Source: Eledone cirrhosa (lineage: Eukaryota). Taken from it: DNA of 64,000 nucleotides. The DNA is taken from contig OZ024742.1 in the NCBI GenBank assembly GCA_964016885.1, positions 166,284,001-166,348,000 of the forward strand. Direction: 5' to 3'. The notes under the pieces are model-generated. The model saw only the letters and a list, made by a program, of their open reading frames with translations, did no database searches and was not told the origin of the DNA. Both the position numbers and the translations under genes were made by a program. This document shows positions 38,001-53,100 of the stretch, one piece after another (within the stretch, counting starts at the first letter, position 1; each line of letters begins with the position of its first letter).

Positions 38001-41000
38001 GGAGATAATGTCCAGCCGTCCAAGGGGAGATAATTTCCCGCCAGCCAAGGGAAGATAATTTTTAAAAAAATCAGGCGGAGATTGTAAAAAAAATCAGGGG
38101 GAGATAATTTGTAAAAAAAAAATCAGGGGGAGATAATTTGTAAAAAAAATCAGGGGTAGATAATTTGTAAAAAAAAATCAGGGGGAGATAATTTGTAAAA
38201 AAAAATCAGGGGGAGATAATTTCTAAAAAAATCAAGGGGAGATAATATGCAGCCGTCCAAGGGGAGATAATTTTCAGCCGTCCAAGGAGAGGTAATTTCT
38301 AGCCGTCCAAGGGGAGATAATTTCCAGCCGTCCAAGGGGAGATAATTTCCAGCCGTCCAAGGGGAGATAGTTTTTTTAAAAAAATCAGGCGGAGATAATT
38401 TGTAAAAAAAAAATCAGGGGGAGATAATTTGTAAAAAAAAATCAGGGGGAGATAATTTGTAAAAAAAAATCAGGGGGAGATAATTTGTAAAAAAAATCAG
38501 GGGGAGATAATTAGTAAAAAAAAATCAAGGGGAGATAATTTCCAGCCGTCCAAGGGGAGGTAATATCTAGCCGTCCAAGGGGAGATAATTTCCAGCCGTC
38601 CAAGGGGAGATAATTTCCAGCCGTCCAAGGGTAGATAATATCCAGCCGTCCAAGTAGACATATTTTCCAGCCGTCCAAGGAGAGGTAATTTCTAGCCGTC
38701 CAAGGGGAGATAAATTCCAGCCTCCAAGGGGAGATAATTTACAGCCAGCCAAGGGGAGATAATTTGTAAAAAAATCAGGGGGAGATAATTTGTAAAAAAA
38801 ATCAGGGGGAGATAATTTGTAAAAAAAATCAGGGGGAGATAATTTGTAAAAAAAATCAAGGGGAGATAATTTGTAAAAAAAAATCAGGGGGAGATAATTT
38901 GTAAAAAAAAATCAGGGGGAGATAATTTGTAAAAAAAAATCAGGGGGAGATAATTTGTAAAAAAAATCAAGGGGAGATAATTTCCAGCCGTCCAAGGAGA
39001 GATAATTTAAAAAAAAAATCAGGCGGAGATAATTTGTAAAAAAAATCAGGGGGAGATAATTTGTAAAAAAAAATCAGGGGGAGATAATTTGTAAAAAAAA
39101 ATCAGGGGGAGATAATTTCCAGCCGTCCAAGGTAAGATAATTTCCAGCCCTCCAAGGGGCTATAATTTCCAGCCGTCCAAGGGTAGATAATATCCAGCCG
39201 TCCAAGTAGACATATTTTCCAGCCGTTCAAGGAGAGGTAATTTCTAGCCGTCCAAGGGGAGATAAATTCCAGCCTCCAAGGGGAGATAATTTCCAGCCAG
39301 CCAAGGGGAGATAATTTGTAAAAAAATCAGGGGGAGATAATTTGTAAAAAAAATCAGGGGGAGATAATTTGTAAAAAAAAATCAGGGGGAGATAATTTGT
39401 AAAAAAAAATCAGGGGGAGATAATTTGTAAAAAAAAATCAGGGGGAGATAATTTGTAAAAAAAATCAAGGGGAGATAATTTCCAGCCGTCCAAGGGGAGA
39501 TAATTTTCAGCCGTCCAAGGGGAGATAATTTCCAGCCGTCCAAGGGGAGATAATTTCCATCCTTCCAAGGGGAGATAATTTCCAGCCGTCCAAGGGGAGA
39601 TAATTTTCAGCCGTCCAAGGGGAGATAATTTCCCGCCAGCCAAGGGAAGATAATATTTTAAAAAATCAGGCGGAGATAATTTGTAAAAAAAATCAGGGGG
39701 AGATAATTTGTAAAAAAATCAGGGGGAGATAATTTGTAAAAAAAAAATCAGGGGGAGATAATTTGTAAAAAAAATCAGGGGGAGATAATTTGTAAAAAAA
39801 AATCAGGGGTAGATAATTTGTAAAAAAAAATCAGGGGGAGATAATTTGTAAAAAAAAATCAGGGGGAGATAATTTGTAAAAAAAATCAGGGGGAGATAAT
39901 TTGTAAAAAAAAATCAGGGGGAGATAATTTCCGGCCGTCCAAGGGGAGATAATTTTCAGCCGTCCAAGGGGAGATAATTTCCCGCCAGCCAAGGGAAGAT
40001 AATATTTAAAAAAATCAGGCGGAGATAATTTGTAAAAAAAATCAGGGGGAGATAATTTGTAAAAAAATCAGGGGGAGATAATTTGTAAAAAAAATCAAGG
40101 GGAGATAATTTCCAGCCGTCCAAGGGGAGGTAATATCTAGCCGTCCAAGGGGAGATAATTTCCAGCCGTCCAAGTGGAGATAATTTCCAGCCGTCCAAGG
40201 GTAGATAATATCCAGCCGTCCAAGGAGACATATTTTCCAGCCGTCCAAGGAGAGGTAATTTCTAGCCGTCCAAGGGGAGATAAATTCCAGCCTCCAAGGG
40301 GAGATAATTTCCAGCCAGCCAAGGGGAGATAATTTGTAAAAAAAATCAGGGGGAGATAATTTGTAAAAAAAATCAGGGGGAGATAATTTGTAAAAAAATC
40401 AGGGGGAGATAATTTGTAAAAAAAAAATCAGGGGGCGATAATTTGTAAAAAAAATCAGGGGGAGATGATTTGTAAAAAAAAATCAGGGGTAGATAATTTG
40501 TAAAAAAAAATCAGGGGGTGATAATTTGTAAAAAAAAATCAGGGGGAGATAATTTGTAAAAAAAATCAAGGGGAGATAATTTCCAGCCGTCGAAGGGAAG
40601 ATAATTTCCAGCCCTCCAAGGGGCTATAATTTCCAGCGTCCAAGGGGAGATAATTTCCAGCCGTCCAAGGGGAGATAATTTCCAGCCGTCCAAGGGTAGA
40701 TAATATCCAGCCGTCCAAGTAGACATTTTCCAGCCGTCCAAGGAGAGGTAATTTCTAGCCGTCCAAGGGGAGATAAATTCCAGCCTCCAAGGGGAGATAA
40801 TTTCCAGCCAGCCAAGGGGAGATAATTTGTAAAAAAATCAGGGGGAGATAATTTGTAAAAAAAATCAGGGGGAGATAATTTGTAAAAAAAAATCAGGGGG
40901 AGATAATTTGTAAAAACAATCAGGGGGAGATAATTTGTAAAAAAAATCAGGGGGAGATAATTTGTAAAAAAAATCAAGGGGAGATAATTTCCAGCCGTCC

Positions 41001-44000
41001 AAGGGGAGATAATTTTCAGCCGTCCAAGGGGAGATAATTTCCAGCCGTCCAAGGGGAGATAATTTCCATCCTTCCAAGGGGAGATAATTTCCAGCCGTCC
41101 AAGGGGAGATAATTTCCCGCCAGCCAAGGGAAGATAATATTTTAAAAAATCAGGCGGAGATAATTTGTAAAAAAAATCAGGGGGAGATAATTTGTAAAAA
41201 AATCAGGGGGAGATAATTTGTAAAAAAAAAATCAGGGGGAGATAATTTGTAAAAAAAATCAGGGGGAGTTAATTTGTAAAAAAAAATCAGGGGTAGATAA
41301 TTTGTAAAAAAAAATCAGGGGGAGATAATTTGTAAAAAAAAAATCAGGGGGAGATAATTTGTAAAAAAAATCAAGGGGAGATAATTTCCAGCCGTCCAAG
41401 GAGAGATAATTTTTAAAAAAAATCAGGCGGAGATAATTTGTAAAAAAAAATCAAGGGGAGATAATTTGTAAAAAAAAATCAAGGGGAGATAATTTGTAAA
41501 AAAAATCAAGGGGAGATAATTTCCAGCCGTCCAAGGGAAGATAATTTCCAGCACTCCAAGGGGCTATAATTTCCAGTGTCCAAGGGGAGATAATTTCCAG
41601 CCAGCGAAGGGGAGATAATTTTTTTAAAAAAATCAGGGGGAGATATGTAAAAAAAATCAGAGGGAGATAATTTCTAAAAAAAATCAAAGGGAGATAATTT
41701 CCAGCCGTCCAAAGAGAGATAATTTCTAGCCGTCCAAGGGGAGATAATTTCCAGCCAAGGGGAGATAATTTCCAGCCGTCCAAGGGGAGATAATTATTTA
41801 AAAAATCAGGTGGAGATAATTTGTAAAAAAAATCAGGGGGAGATAATTTGTAAAAACAAAATCAAGGGCAGATAATTTCCAGCTGTCCAAGGGGAGATAA
41901 TTTCCAGCCGTGCAAGGGGAGATAATTTCCAGCCGTCCAAGGGGAGATAATTTCCATCCTTCCAAGGGGAGATAATGTCCAGCCGTCCAAGGGGAGATAA
42001 TTTCCCGCCAGCCAAGGGAAGATAATTTTTAAAAAAATCAGGCGGAGATTGTAAAAAAAATCAGGGGGAGATAATTTGTAAAAAAAAAATCAGGGGGAGA
42101 TAATTTGTAAAAAAAATCAGGGGTAGATAATTTGTAAAAAAAAATCAGGGGGAGATAATTTGTAAAAAAAAATCAGGGGGAGATAATTTCTAAAAAAATC
42201 AAGGGGAGATAATATGCAGCCGTCCAAGGGGAGATAATTTTCAGCCGTCCAAGGAGAGGTAATTTCTAGCCGTCCAAGGGGAGATAATTTCCAGCCGTCC
42301 AAGGGGAGATAATTTCCAGCCGTCCAAGGGGAGATAGTTTTTTTAAAAAAATCAGGCGGAGATAATTTGTAAAAAAAAAATCAGGGGGAGATAATTTGTA
42401 AAAAAAAATCAGGGGGAGATAATTTGTAAAAAAAAATCAGGGGGAGATAATTTGTAAAAAAAATCAGGGGGAGATAATTAGTAAAAAAAATCAAGGGGAG
42501 ATAATTTCCAGCCGTCCAAGGGGAGGTAATATCTAGCCGTCCAAGGGGAGATAATTTCCAGCCGTCCAAGGGGAGATAATTTCCAGCCGTCCAAGGGTAG
42601 ATAATATCCAGCCGTCCAAGTAGACATATTTTCCAGCCGTCCAAGGAGAGGTAATTTCTAGCCGTCCAAGGGGAGATAAATTCCAGCCTCCAAGGGGAGA
42701 TAATTTCCAGCCAGCCAAGGGGAGATAATTTGTAAAAAAATCAGGGGGAGATAATTTGTAAAAAAAATCAGGGGGAGATAATTTGTAAAAAAAAATCAGG
42801 GGGAGATAATTTGTAAAAAAAAATCAGGGGGAGATAATTTGTAAAAAAAATCAAGGGGAGATAATTTGTAAAAAAAAATCAGGGGGAGATAATTTGTAAA
42901 AAAAAATCAGGGGGAGATAATTTGTAAAAAAAAATCAGGGGGAGATAATTTGTAAAAAAAATCAAGGGGAGATAATTTCCAGCCGTCCAAGGAGAGATAA
43001 TTTAAAAAAAAAATCAGGCGGAGATAATTTGTAAAAAAAAATCAGGGGGAGATAATTTGTAAAAAAAAATCAGGGGGAGATAATTTGTAAAAAAAATCAA
43101 GGGGAGATAATTTCCAGCCGTCCAAGGGGAGATAATTTCCAGCCGTCCAAGGGGAGATAATTTTTTTAAAAAAATCAGGCGGAGATAATTTGTAAAAAAA
43201 ATCAGGGGGAGATAATTTGTAAAAAAAAATCAGGGGGAGATAATTTGTAAAAAAAAATCAGGGGGAGATAATTTCCAGCCGTCCAAGGTAAGATAATTTC
43301 CAGCCCTCCAAGGGGCTATAATTTCCAGCCGTCCAAGGGTAGATAATATCCAGCCGTCCAAGTAGACATATTTTCCAGCCGTCCAAGGAGAGGTAATTTC
43401 TAGCCGTCCAAGGGGAGATAAATTCCAGCCTCCAAGGGGAGATAATTTCCAGCCAGCCAAGGGGAGATAATTTGTAAAAAAATCAGGGGGAGATAATTTG
43501 TAAAAAAAATCAGGGGGAGATAATTTGTAAAAAAAAATCAGGGGGAGATAATTTGTAAAAAAAAATCAGGGGGAGATAATTTGTAAAAAAAATCAAGGGG
43601 AGATAATTTCCAGCCGTCCAAGGGGAGATAATTTTCAGCCGTCCAAGGGGAGATAATTTCCAGCCGTCCAAGGGGAGATAATTTCCATCCTTCCAAGGGG
43701 AGATAATTTCCAGCCGTCCAAGGGGAGATAATTTTCAGCCGTCCAAGGGGAGATAATTTCCCGCCAGCCAAGGGAAGATAATATTTTAAAAAATCAGGCG
43801 GAGATAATTTGTAAAAAAAATCAGGGGGAGATAATTTGTAAAAAAATCAGGGGGAGATAATTTGTAAAAAAAAAATCAGGGGGAGATAATTTGTAAAAAA
43901 AATCAGGGGGAGATAATTTGTAAAAAAAAATCAGGGGTAGATAATTTGTAAAAAAAAATCAGGGGGAGATAATTTGTAAAAAAAATCAGGGGGAGATAAT

Positions 44001-47000
44001 TTGTAAAAAAAATCAGGGGGAGATAATTTGTAAAAAAAAATCAGGGGGAGATAATTTGTAAAAAAAAATCAGGGGTAGATAATTTGTAAAAAAAAATCAG
44101 GGGGAGATAATTTGTAAAAAAAAATCAGGGGGAGATAATTTGTAAAAAAAATCAGGGGGAGATAATTTGTAAAAAAAAATCAGGGGGAGATAATTTCCGG
44201 CCGTCCAAGGGGAGATAATTTTCAGCCGTCCAAGGGGAGATAATTTCCCGCCAGCCAAGGGAAGATAATATTTAAAAAAATCAGGCGGAGATAATTTGTA
44301 AAAAAAATCAGGGGGAGATAATTTGTAAAAAAATCAGGGGGAGATAATTTGTAAAAAAAATCAAGGGGAGATAATTTCCAGCCGTCCAAGGAGAGATAAT
44401 TTTTAAAAAAAATCAGGCGGAGATAATTTGTAAAAAAAAATCAAGGGGAGATAATTTGTAAAAAAAAATCAAGGGGAGATAATTTGTAAAAAAAATCAAG
44501 GGGAGATAATTTCCAGCCGTCCAAGGGAAGATAATTTCCAGCACTCCAAGGGGCTATAATTTCCAGTGTCCAAGGGGAGATAATTTCCAGCCAGCGAAGG
44601 GGAGATAATTTTTTTAAAAAAATCAGGGGGAGATATGTAAAAAAAATCAGAGGGAGATAATTTCTAAAAAAAATCAAAGGGAGATAATTTCCAGCCGTCC
44701 AAAGAGAGATAATTTCTAGCCGTCCAAGGGGAGATAATTTCCAGCCAAGGGGAGATAATTTCCAGCCGTCCAAGGGGAGATAATTATTTAAAAAATCAGG
44801 TGGAGATAATTTGTAAAAAAAATCAGGGGGAGATAATTTGTAAAAACAAAATCAAGGGCAGATAATTTCCAGCTGTCCAAGGGGAGATAATTTCCAGCCG
44901 TGCAAGGGGAGATAATTTCCAGCCGTCCAAGGGGAGATAATTTCCATCCTTCCAAGGGGAGATAATGTCCAGCCGTCCAAGGGGAGATAATTTCCCGCCA
45001 GCCAAGGGAAGATAATTTTTAAAAAAATCAGGCGGAGATTGTAAAAAAAATCAGGGGGAGATAATTTGTAAAAAAAAAATCAGGGGGAGATAATTTGTAA
45101 AAAAAATCAGGGGTAGATAATTTGTAAAAAAAAATCAGGGGGAGATAATTTGTAAAAAAAAATCAGGGGGAGATAATTTCTAAAAAAATCAAGGGGAGAT
45201 AATATGCAGCCGTCCAAGGGGAGATAATTTTCAGCCGTCCAAGGAGAGGTAATTTCTAGCCGTCCAAGGGGAGATAATTTCCAGCCGTCCAAGGGGAGAT
45301 AATTTCCAGCCGTCCAAGGGGAGATAGTTTTTTTAAAAAAATCAGGCGGAGATAATTTGTAAAAAAAAAATCAGGGGGAGATAATTTGTAAAAAAAAATC
45401 AGGGGGAGATAATTTGTAAAAAAAAATCAGGGGGAGATAATTTGTAAAAAAAATCAGGGGGAGATAATTAGTAAAAAAAATCAAGGGGAGATAATTTCCA
45501 GCCGTCCAAGGGGAGGTAATATCTAGCCGTCCAAGGGGAGATAATTTCCAGCCGTCCAAGGGGAGATAATTTCCAGCCGTCCAAGGGTAGATAATATCCA
45601 GCCGTCCAAGTAGACATATTTTCCAGCCGTCCAAGGAGAGGTAATTTCTAGCCGTCCAAGGGGAGATAAATTCCAGCCTCCAAGGGGAGATAATTTCCAG
45701 CCAGCCAAGGGGAGATAATTTGTAAAAAAATCAGGGGGAGATAATTTGTAAAAAAAATCAGGGGGAGATAATTTGTAAAAAAAAATCAGGGGGAGATAAT
45801 TTGTAAAAAAAAATCAGGGGGAGATAATTTGTAAAAAAAATCAAGGGGAGATAATTTGTAAAAAAAAATCAGGGGGAGATAATTTGTAAAAAAAAATCAG
45901 GGGGAGATAATTTGTAAAAAAAAATCAGGGGGAGATAATTTGTAAAAAAAATCAAGGGGAGATAATTTCCAGCCGTCCAAGGAGAGATAATTTAAAAAAA
46001 AAATCAGGCGGAGATAATTTGTAAAAAAAAATCAGGGGGAGATAATTTGTAAAAAAAAATCAGGGGGAGATAATTTGTAAAAAAAATCAAGGGGAGATAA
46101 TTTCCAGCCGTCCAAGGGGAGATAATTTCCAGCCGTCCAAGGGGAGATAATTTTTTTAAAAAAATCAGGCGGAGATAATTTGTAAAAAAAATCAGGGGGA
46201 GATAATTTGTAAAAAAAAATCAGGGGGAGATAATTTGTAAAAAAAAATCAGGGGGAGATAATTTCCAGCCGTCCAAGGTAAGATAATTTCCAGCCCTCCA
46301 AGGGGCTATAATTTCCAGCCGTCCAAGGGTAGATAATATCCAGCCGTCCAAGTAGACATATTTTCCAGCCGTCCAAGGAGAGGTAATTTCTAGCCGTCCA
46401 AGGGGAGATAAATTCCAGCCTCCAAGGGGAGATAATTTCCAGCCAGCCAAGGGGAGATAATTTGTAAAAAAATCAGGGGGAGATAATTTGTAAAAAAAAT
46501 CAGGGGGAGATAATTTGTAAAAAAAAATCAGGGGGAGATAATTTGTAAAAAAAAATCAGGGGGAGATAATTTGTAAAAAAAAATCAGGGGGAGATAATTT
46601 GTAAAAAAAATCAAGGGGAGATAATTTCCAGCCGTCCAAGGGGAGATAATTTTCAGCCGTCCAAGGGGAGATAATTTCCAGCCGTCCAAGGGGAGATAAT
46701 TTCCATCCTTCCAAGGGGAGATAATTTCCAGCCGTCCAAGGGGAGATAATTTTCAGCCGTCCAAGGGGAGATAATTTCCCGCCAGCCAAGGGAAGATAAT
46801 ATTTTAAAAAATCAGGCGGAGATAATTTGTAAAAAAAATCAGGGGGAGATAATTTGTAAAAAAATCAGGGGGAGATAATTTGTAAAAAAAAAATCAGGGG
46901 GAGATAATTTGTAAAAAAAATCAGGGGGAGATAATTTGTAAAAAAAAATCAGGGGTAGATAATTTGTAAAAAAAAATCAGGGGGAGATAATTTGTAAAAA

Positions 47001-50000
47001 AAATCAGGGGGAGATAATTTGTAAAAAAAATCAGGGGGAGATAATTTGTAAAAAAAAATCAGGGGGAGATAATTTGTAAAAAAAAATCAGGGGTAGATAA
47101 TTTGTAAAAAAAAATCAGGGGGAGATAATTTGTAAAAAAAAATCAGGGGGAGATAATTTGTAAAAAAAATCAGGGGGAGATAATTTGTAAAAAAAAATCA
47201 GGGGGAGATAATTTCCGGCCGTCCAAGGGGAGATAATTTTCAGCCGTCCAAGGGTAGATAATTTCCCGCCAGCCAAGGGAAGATAATATTTAAAAAAATC
47301 AGGCGGAGATAATTTGTAAAAAAAATCAGGGGGAGATAATTTGTAAAAAAATCAGGGGGAGATAATTTGTAAAAAAAATCAAGGGGAGATAATTTCCAGC
47401 CGTCCAAGGGGAGGTAATATCTAGCCGTCCAAGGGGAGATAATTTCCAGCCGTCCAAGAGGAGATAATTTCCAGCCGTCCAAGGGTAGATAATATCCAGC
47501 CGTCCAAGGAGACATATTTTCCAGCCGTCCAAGGAGAGGTAATTTCTAGCCGTCCAAGGGGAGATAAATTCCAGCCTCCAAGGGGAGATAATTTCCAGCC
47601 AGCCAAGGGGAGATAATTTGTAAAAAAAATCAGGGGGAGATAATTTGTAAAAAAAATCAGGGGGAGATAATTTGTAAAAAAATCAGGGGGAGATAATTTG
47701 TAAAAAAAAAATCAGGGGGAGATAATTTGTAAAAAAAATCAGGGGGAGATGATTTGTAAAAAAAAATCAGGGGTAGATAATTTGTAAAAAAAAATCAGAG
47801 GGTGATAATTTGTAAAAAAAAATCAGGGGGAGATAATTTGTAAAAAAAATCAAGGGGAGATAATTTCCAGCCGTCGAAGGGAAGATAATTTCCAGCCCTC
47901 CAAGGGGCTATAATTTCCAGCGTCCAAGGGGAGATAATTTCCAGCCGTCCAAGGGGAGATAATTTCCAGCCGTCCAAGGGTAGATAATATCCAGCCGTCC
48001 AAGTAGACATTTTCCAGCCGTCCAAGGAGAGGTAATTTCTAGCCGTCCAAGGGGAGATAAATTCCAGCCTCCAAGGGGAGATAATTTCCAGCCAGCCAAG
48101 GGGAGATAATTTGTAAAAAAATCAGGGGGAGATAATTTGTAAAAAAAATCAGGGGGAGATAATTTGTAAAAAAAAATCAGGGGGAGATAATTTGTAAAAA
48201 AAATCAGGGGGAGATAATTTGTAAAAAAAATCAGGGGGAGATAATTTGTAAAAAAATCAAGGGGAGATAATTTCCAGCCGTCCAAGGGGAGATAATTTTC
48301 AGCCGTCCAAGGGGAGATAATTTCCAGCCGTCCAAGGGGAGATAATTTCCATCCTTCCAAGGGGAGATAATTTCCAGCCGTCCAAGGGGAGATAATTTTC
48401 AGCCGTCCAAGGGGAGATAATTTCCCGCCAGCCAAGGGAAGATAATATTTTAAAAAATCAGGCGGAGATAATTTGTAAAAAAAATCAGGGGGAGATAATT
48501 TGTAAAAAAATCAGGGGGAGATAATTTGTAAAAAAAAAATCAGGGGGAGATAATTTGTAAAAAAAATCAGTGGGAGATAATTTGTAAAAAAAAATCAGGG
48601 GTAGATAATTTTTAAAAAAAAATCAGGGGGAGATAATTTGTAAAAAAAAAATCAGGGGGAGATAATTTGTAAAAAAAATCAAGGGGAGATAATTTCCAGC
48701 CGTCCAAGGAGAGATAATTTTTAAAAAAAATCAGGCGGAGATAATTTGTAAAAAAAAATCAAGGGGAGATAATTTGTAAAAAAAATCAAGGGGAGATAAT
48801 TTCCAGCCGTCCAAGGGAAGATAATTTCCAGCACTCCAAGGGGCTATAATTTCCAGTGTCCAAGGGGAGATAATTTCCAGCCAGCGAAGGGGAGATAATT
48901 TTTTTAAAAAAATCAGGGGGAGATATGTAAAAAAAATCAGAGGGAGATAATTTCTAAAAAAAATCAAAGGGAGATAATTTCCAGCCGTCCAAAGAGAGAT
49001 AATTTCTAGCCGTCCAAGGGGAGATAATTTCCAGCCAAGGGGAGATAATTTCCAGCCGTCCAAGGGGAGATAATTATTTAAAAAATCAGGTGGAGATAAT
49101 TTGTAAAAAAAATCAGGGGGAGATAATTTGTAAAAACAAAATCAAGGGCAGATAATTTCCAGCTGTCCAAGGGGAGATAATTTCCAGCCGTGCAAGGGGA
49201 GATAATTTCCAGCCGTCCAAGGGGAGATAATTTCCATCCTTCCAAGGGGAGATAATGTCCAGCCGTCCAAGGGGAGATAATTTCCCGCCAGCCAAGGTAA
49301 GATAATTTTTAAAAAAATCAGGCGGAGATTGTAAAAAAAATCAGGGGGAGATAATTTGTAAAAAAAAAATCAGGGGGAGATAATTTGTAAAAAAAATCAG
49401 GGGTAGATAATTTGTAAAAAAAAATCAGGGGGAGATAATTTGTAAAAAAAAATCAGGGGGAGATAATTTCTAAAAAAATCAAGGGGAGATAATATGCAGC
49501 CGTCCAAGGGGAGATAATTTTCAGCCGTCCAAGGAGAGGTAATTTCTAGCCGTCCAAGGGGAGATAATTTCCAGCCGTCCAAGGGGAGATAATTTCCAGC
49601 CGTCCAAGGGGAGATAGTTTTTTTAAAAAAATCAGGCGGAGATAATTTGTAAAAAAAAAATCAGGGGGAGATAATTTGTAAAAAAAAATCAGGGGGAGAT
49701 AATTTGTAAAAAAAAATCAGGGGGAGATAATTTGTAAAAAAAATCAGGGGGAGATAATTAGTAAAAAAAATCAAGGGGAGATAATTTCCAGCCGTCCAAG
49801 GGGAGGTAATATCTAGCCGTCCAAGGGGAGATAATTTCCAGCCGTCCAAGGGGAGATAATTTCCAGCCGTCCAAGGGTAGATAATATCCAGCCGTCCAAG
49901 TAGACATATTTTCCAGCCGTCCAAGGAGAGGTAATTTCTAGCCGTCCAAGGGGAGATAAATTCCAGCCTCCAAGGGGAGATAATTTCCAGCCAGCCAAGG

Positions 50001-50100
50001 GGAGATAATTTGTAAAAAAATCAGGGGGAGATAATTTGTAAAAAAAATCAGGGGGAGATAATTTGTAAAAAAAAATCAGGGGGAGATAATTTGTAAAAAA
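35100..50100 (+). repeat. Second set of the ~4-kb HOR (four copies, one with a 1250-bp deletion)
   Basis: Landmarks at 35502/39410/43538/46556 and 37866/41833/44823/49113 (periods 3908, 4128, 3018 and 3967, 2990, 4290). Confidence 0.9.
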
Positions 50101-53100
50101 AAATCAGGGGGAGATAATTTGTAAAAAAAATCAGGGGGAGATAATTTGTAAAAAAAAATCAGGGGGAGATAATTTGTAAAAAAAAATCAGGGGGAGATAA
50201 TTTGTAAAAAAAAATCAGGGGGAGATAATTTGTAAAAAAAATCAGGGGGAGATAATTTGTAAAAACAAATCAAGGGGAGATAATTTCCAGCCGTCCAAGG
50301 GGAGATAATTTTCAGCCGCCCAAGGGGAGATAATTTCCCGCCAGCCAAGGGAAGATAATATTTAAAAAATCAGGCGGAGATAATTTGTAAAAAAAATCAG
50401 GGGGAGATAATTTGTAAAAAAATCAGGGGGAGATAATTTGTAAAAAAAAAATCAGGGGGAGATAATTTGTAAAAAAAATCAGGGGGAGATGATTTGTAAA
50501 AAAAATCAGGGGTAGATAATTTGTAAAAAAAAATCAGGGGGAGATAATTTGTAAAAAAAAATCAGGGGGAGATAATTTGTAAAAAAAATCAAGAGGAGAT
50601 AATTTCCAGCCGTCCAAGGGGAGATAATTTTCAGCCGTCCAAGGGGAGATAATTTCCAGCCGTCCAAGGGGAGATAATTTCCATCCTTCCAAGGGGAGAT
50701 AATTTCCAGCCGTCCAAGGGGAGATAATTTCCCGCCAACCAAGGGAAGATAATTTTTAAAAAAATCAGGCGGAGATTGTAAAAAAAATCAGGGGGAGATA
50801 ATTTGTAAAAAAATCAGGGGGAGATAATTTGTAAAAAAAAAATCAGGGGGAGATAATTTGTAAAAGAAATCAGGGGGAGATAATTTGTAAAAAAAAATCA
50901 AGGGGAGATAATTTGTACAAAAAATCAGGGGTATATAATTTGTAAAAAAAAATCAGGGGGAGATAATTTGTAAAAAAAAATCAGGGGGAGATAATTTGTA
51001 AAAAAAATCAAGGGGAGATAATTTGCAGCCGTCCAAGGGGAGATAATTTTCAGCCGTCCAAGGAGAGGTAATTTCTAGCCGTCCAAGGTGAGATAATATC
51101 CAGCCGTCCAAGGGGAGATAATTTCCAGCCGTCCAAGGGGAGATAATTTAAAAAAAAAAACAGGCGAAGATAATTTGTAAAAAAAAAATCAGGGGGAGAT
51201 AATTTGTAAAAAAAAATCAGGGGGAGATAATTTGTAAAAAAAATCAGGGGGAGGTAATTTGTAAAAAAAATCAAGGGGTGATAATTTCCAGCCGTCCAAG
51301 GGAAGATAATTTCCAGCCCTCCAAGGGGCTATAATTTCCAGCGTCCAAGGGGAGATAATTTCCAGCCAGCGAAGGGGAGATAATTTTTTTTTTTTTAAAT
51401 CAGGGGGACATAATTTGTAAAAAAAATCAAGGGGAGATAATTTGTAAAAAAAAATCAGGGGGAGATAATTTGTAAAAAAAAATCAGGGGGAGATAATTTG
51501 TAAAAAAAATTAAGGGGAGATAATTTGTAAAAAAAAATCAAGGGGAGATAATTTCCAGCCGTCCAAGGAGAGGTAATTTCTAGACGTCCAAGGGGAGATA
51601 ATTTCCAGCCGTCCAAGGGGAGATAATTTCCAGCCGTCCAAGGGTAGATAATATCCAGCCGTCCAAGGAGACATATTTTCCAGCTTTCCAAGGAGAGGTA
51701 ATTTCTAGCCGTCCAAGGGGAGATAAATTCCAGCCTCCAAGGGGAGATAATTTCCAGCCAGCCAAGGGGAGATAATTTGTAAAAAAAATCAGGGGGAGAT
51801 AATTTGTAAAAAAAATCAGGGGGAGATAATTTGTAAAAAAAATCAGGGGGAGATAATTTCCAGCCGTCCAAGGGGAGATAATTTTCAGCCGTCCAAGGGG
51901 AGATAATTTCCCGCCAGCCAAGGGAAGATAATATTTAAAAAATGAGGCGGAGATAATTTGTAAAAAAAATCAGGGGGAGATAATTTGTAAAAAAATCAGG
52001 GGGAGATAATTTGTAAAAAAAAAATCAGGGGGAGATAATTTGTAAAAAAAATCAGGGGGAGATAATTTGTAAAAAAAAATCAGGGGTAGATAATTTGTAA
52101 AAAAAAATCAGGGGGAGATAATTTGTAAAAAAAATCAGGGGGAGATAATTTATAAAAAAAATCAAGGGGAGATAATTTCCAGCCGTCCAAGGGAAGATAA
52201 TTTCAAGCCCTCCAAGGGGCTATAATTTCCAGTGTCCAAGGGGAGATAATTTCCAGCCAGCGAAGGGGAGATAATTTTTTTTTAAAAATCAGGGGGAGAT
52301 TTGTAAAAAAAATCAGGGGGAGATAATTTGTCAAAAAAATCAAAGGGAGATAATTTCCAGCCGTCCAAAGAGATAATTTCTAGCCGTCCAAGGGGAGATA
52401 ATTTCGAGCCAAGGGGAGATAATTTCCAGCCGTCCAAGGGGAGATAATTTTTTAAAAAATCAGGTGGAGATAATTTGTAAAAAAAATCAGGGGGAGATAA
52501 TTTGTAAAAACAAAATCAAGGGGAGATAATTTCCAGCTGTCCAAGGGGAGATAATTTCCAGCCGTGCAAGGGGAGATAATTTCCAGCCGTCCAAGGGGAG
52601 ATAATTTCCATCCTTCCAAGGGGAGATAATTTCCAGCCGTCCAAGGGGAGATAATTTCCCGCCAGCCAAGGGAAGATAATTTTTTAAAAAATCAGGCGGA
52701 GATTGTAAAAAAAATCAGGGGGAGATAATTTGTAAAAAAATCAGGGGGAGATAATTTGTAAAAAAATCAAGGGGAGATAATTTCCAGCTGTCCAAGGGGA
52801 GGTAATATCTAGCCGTCCAAGGGGAGATAATTTCCAGCCGTCCAAGGGGAGATAATTTCCAGCCGTCCAAGGGTAGATAATATCCAGCCGTCCAAGGAGA
52901 CATATTTTCCAGCCGTCCAAGGAGAGGTAATTTCTAGCCGTCCAAGTGGAGATAAATTCCAGCCTCCAAGGGGAGATAATTTCCAGCCAGCCAAGGGGAG
53001 ATAATTTGTAAAAAAATCAGGGGGAGATAATTTGTAAAAAAAATCAGGGGGAGATAATTTGTAAAAAAAAATCAGGGGGAGATAATTTGTAAAAAAAATC

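Larger units (their letters stand above)
26465..52227 (+). repeat. Super-repeat copy 2 (~25.8 kb)
   Basis: Starts with the same TCCAGTGTCC... context as position 1. Shares rare markers with copy 1: ATAACTTG (1011/27475), GAGAAAATTT (2182/28645), TTTGGAAAA (7787/34992), GAGTTAATT (14146/41267). Confidence 0.85.
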
